Assembly: GCA_964636755.1 (NCBI GenBank)
Contig: CAZWSU010000066.1
Location: 1-62,956, forward strand
Length of the DNA: 62,956 bases
Direction of reading: 5' to 3'
Origin: an uncultured Desulfurococcaceae archaeon
Lineage (GTDB): Archaea; Thermoproteota; Thermoprotei_A; Sulfolobales; NBVN01
The notes beneath the pieces were generated by a model. It was not told the DNA's origin. It saw nothing but the letters and a program-made list of their open reading frames with translations, and did not search any database. This document shows positions 60,621 through 62,956 of the stretch, piece by piece; the first letter of the stretch is position 1; each line of letters opens with the position of its first letter. Made by a program: the position numbers and the translations under genes.

Positions 60621-61388
60621 GTGGCTGAAATAATAGTGGGTTGCTGCGGTTTCCCCACCTCAAGAAAAGAATACTATACCGCATTCAAAGCCGTGGAACT
60701 ACAAGACACTTTCTATAACCCGCCGAACCCTGAGAAACTGAGGAGGTTGCGTGAGGAAGCGCCTGAGAACTTCATCTTCACTATGAAGGCTTGGCAAGCC
60801 ATAACACACCCTCCCGACTCCCCCACATGGCGTAAGTCTAGGTTTAAGCCGCCTGATGAGGTAAAAAGTAATTACGGCTACCTAAAACCGACTAAAGAGA
60901 ATCTTGACGCGTGGGAGTTGGTGAGGAAATCTGCTAAAGCTTTGGGAGCTACGTACGTGATACTTCAGATGCCGCCTTCATTTACCTACAGCTCGGAGAA
61001 CTTAAGGAACCTCAAGAACTTCCTGGACATAACACGTGAGAGAGATTTCAGGATAGGCTTAGAATTGAGGGGGGATTGGCATAACCACGCAGAGGAACTA
61101 AGGAAAATCCTCGAAAATTATGAGGTAGTAACACACGTGACCGACCCCTTCAGATGGTTCCCGCCAGAAACGAGAACTAATAGCTACTACTTTAGATTAC
61201 ACGGTATAGGGCCTCGTGAGGTAAATTACGGGTATAAATATACCGCGGAAGACTTACTGAAGCTCAAGAACCTGATAGGGGTTTTGGGGAGCGTTAAAGA
61301 AGTCTACGTCATGTTCAACAACGTTTACATGAGGGATGACGCACAGAACTTCATGAGACTACTTCGTGAGAATTATTTAAGTCCTTAA
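60621..61388 (+). CDS. DUF72 (UPF0759) family protein, paralogue 2
   Basis: Contains [28 protein letters not shown] and FRLHG. I place the start at GTG 60621, just after the AbrB stop. The ORF-track start at 60567 overlaps the AbrB gene. Confidence 0.85.
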   Translation: MAEIIVGCCGFPTSRKEYYTAFKAVELQDTFYNPPNPEKLRRLREEAPENFIFTMKAWQAITHPPDSPTWRKSRFKPPDEVKSNYGYLKPTKENLDAWELVRKSAKALGATYVILQMPPSFTYSSENLRNLKNFLDITRERDFRIGLELRGDWHNHAEELRKILENYEVVTHVTDPFRWFPPETRTNSYYFRLHGIGPREVNYGYKYTAEDLLKLKNLIGVLGSVKEVYVMFNNVYMRDDAQNFMRLLRENYLSP

Positions 61389-61405
61389 TCTTTTTAAGCT
61401 CACTA

Positions 61406-61648
61406 ATGTTTCTTTCTAGGTGTTACGTGATGGCTCAAGTAAGCGAGTTTAGGAGTAGAGGGCCTGTGATAGTGGAGGCTGCAACGCCACCTACTTGTAG
61501 TAGTTGCGGCAAGCTGATATCCCCCAACGAGAAAGCCACTAAGTTCGTGTGCCCTAACTGCGGCGTGGTAGTTATTTGGAGATGTAGTAAGTGTAGGGAG
61601 CTCTCAAACCCGTATAAATGCCCTAACTGCTGGTTTGAGGGCCCGTGA
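61406..61648 (+). CDS. Zinc-ribbon protein (translation-associated, DUF1610-like)
   Basis: Four CxxC pairs (CSSC, CPNC, CSKC, CPNC). It sits in the usual archaeal position just upstream of aEF-1beta. The likely ATG start is at 61430. Confidence 0.75.
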   Translation: MFLSRCYVMAQVSEFRSRGPVIVEAATPPTCSSCGKLISPNEKATKFVCPNCGVVVIWRCSKCRELSNPYKCPNCWFEGP

Positions 61649-61652
61649 TGAG

Positions 61653-61940
61653 GTGGGTTGGTTGGGCAAGGTAATAGTATCGCTGCGAGTAAATCCTGAA
61701 AGTGATGAAGTAGACCTGGATAAGTTGATAAGCGATATTAAGTCTAAGCTACCATCGTACTACGAGATCTTAAGGTACGAGAAGGAGTACGTGGCGTTCG
61801 GGCTCTACGCCCTAAGACTCTACATCGCGATGCCAGAGAACTTTGAGGGGGGTACTGACGAACTAGAGAGGAGTCTCACTGAGTTAAGCGGGGTATCATC
61901 CGTCGACGTAGACTTCGTTACTAGAACGGACGCTCTATGA
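61653..61940 (+). CDS. ef1b: Elongation factor 1-beta (aEF-1beta)
   Basis: GKVIVSLRVNPESDEVDLDKL...VAFGLYALRLYIAMPE.EGGTDELE..L..LSGVSSVDV aligns with archaeal EF-1beta. The start is GTG 61653 or TTG 61662. Confidence 0.85.
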   Translation: MGWLGKVIVSLRVNPESDEVDLDKLISDIKSKLPSYYEILRYEKEYVAFGLYALRLYIAMPENFEGGTDELERSLTELSGVSSVDVDFVTRTDAL

Positions 61941-62083
61941 ACCAAACACCGTATTATTGTTTTTGCTTTTAATACTGAGGTCGTGAACACTCTTGAGGAG
62001 CTACTCAAGACTTAAACACTGGGCTCGTAATACGGTGCTCGCACACATTATAAGCGCTGTAAGGTATAGTGTTGTGAGGGTGG

Positions 62084-62956
62084 ATGATGTACAGTAAGAG
62101 CAAGGAAGTCATGGTGAGGGTCGCTGAAATAAGTAAGAACGACGCATTCAGAGGTAAGGTCAGAGTACCCACAAAAATCTTGGATTCTATCGGTGCTGAG
62201 GAAGGTGACGTTATAGAGATAATAGGTAGGAGGAACACGGTAGCTATCGCGTGGCCGGCACTACCGGAGGACGAGGAGAAGGACGTGGTGAGGATGGACG
62301 GGGTCATAAGGAAGAACGCAGGGGTAAGCATAGGTGATAGGGTTATCATCAGGCGTGTTGAGGTTAAGCCAGCAACTTCTGTTAAGCTAGCTCTAACAGA
62401 TTCTTCTAATCAAATAAGCGGCGGTGAGTCAACGCTTAAGATGATTAAGAGGAGATTACTTAATTACGCTGTCATTGAGGGGGATCTAGTACCTTTCCAG
62501 CTATTGGGTTCAGTAATATTCCTGCAAGTCATATCCACCAGGCCTGCAGGCCCGGTAATAATTGATGAGTCAACCAGGCTGGTTCTGATCAATAAGCCTG
62601 CACAGACTCTCAGGATGATGCGCGTCACCTACGAAGACGTGGGGGGAATGAAGGAGGTGGTAGAGAGGGTTAGGGAATTGATAGAGTTGCCTCTCAAGCA
62701 CCCCGAGCTCTTCAGGAAGCTAGGTATCGAGCCCCCCAAGGGCGTCTTGCTCTACGGCCCTCCCGGCTGCGGCAAGACCTTACTCGCTAAGGCCGTAGCA
62801 ACCGAGGCTGACGCTTACTTCATAGCTATTAATGGTCCTGAGATTATGAGTAAGTATTATGGTGAGTCTGAGCAGAGGTTGAGGGAGATTTTCGAGGAAG
62901 CTAGGAAGAACGCTCCAGCAATAATATTCATAGACGAAATAGACTCAATAGCACCA
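62084..62956 (+). CDS. cdc48: CDC48/VCP-type AAA+ ATPase, N-terminal 291 codons (truncated by window end)
   Basis: Not in the ORF track because it has no stop; I translated it by hand. The N-domain is [28 protein letters not shown]...[16 protein letters not shown]. It is followed by [18 protein letters not shown] and Walker [16 protein letters not shown]. Confidence 0.92.
   Translation, partial: MMYSKSKEVMVRVAEISKNDAFRGKVRVPTKILDSIGAEEGDVIEIIGRRNTVAIAWPALPEDEEKDVVRMDGVIRKNAGVSIGDRVIIRRVEVKPATSVKLALTDSSNQISGGESTLKMIKRRLLNYAVIEGDLVPFQLLGSVIFLQVISTRPAGPVIIDESTRLVLINKPAQTLRMMRVTYEDVGGMKEVVERVRELIELPLKHPELFRKLGIEPPKGVLLYGPPGCGKTLLAKAVATEADAYFIAINGPEIMSKYYGESEQRLREIFEEARKNAPAIIFIDEIDSIAP

Noticed and set aside
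62005-62349. 114-aa minus-strand ORF
   Set aside because: It is antisense to the hand-translated CDC48 N-domain, which continues into an unmistakable Walker A. The ORF track missed CDC48 only because the gene runs off the window.

Overview
This window looks like chromosomal DNA from a hyperthermophilic crenarchaeon, probably Desulfurococcales-like. The evidence is a PolB1/Dpo1-type polymerase, a tetrabrachion-like stalk protein next to a giant subtilase, C/D box sRNAs, HEPN-MNT pairs and compact overlapping genes. About 90% is coding, with roughly 65 credible CDSs. I found no rRNA, CRISPR array, transposase or integrase. Housekeeping genes include polB1, glnA, trmI, cutA, a proteasome beta subunit, endonuclease V, CTP-type riboflavin kinase, aEF-1beta, CDC48 (cut by the window end), a NOG1-type GTPase and tRNA-Arg(GCG). 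Transport genes include TupABC (tungstate), a five-gene Opp/Dpp-type peptide ABC system and a TctA-type permease. Four HEPN/nucleotidyltransferase modules are present. The most interesting region is 17995-32302. It holds fifteen minus-strand genes with overlapping or abutting junctions, in three parts: (i) a MoxR ATPase with DUF58-, DUF4350-like and DUF4129-like partners and three small membrane proteins; (ii) an exosortase/archaeosortase-family protein fused to an EpsI-like domain, with Cys/Arg/His signature residues visible; (iii) a MacB/LolCDE-like ABC system with one ATPase and two different FtsX-type permeases, a 498-aa polytopic membrane protein and split DUF1616-like genes. This cluster lies 2.5 kb from a tetrabrachion-like, C-terminally anchored coiled-coil stalk protein and a STABLE-like 1409-aa subtilase. 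I read the whole region as a candidate, functionally uncharacterised envelope-protein maturation or anchoring system. I also hand-identified one strong and two or three weaker C/D box sRNAs, plus several unexplained structured or repeat-bearing intergenic regions. All family assignments rest on motifs read by eye and recalled family signatures. None has been confirmed by a database search.
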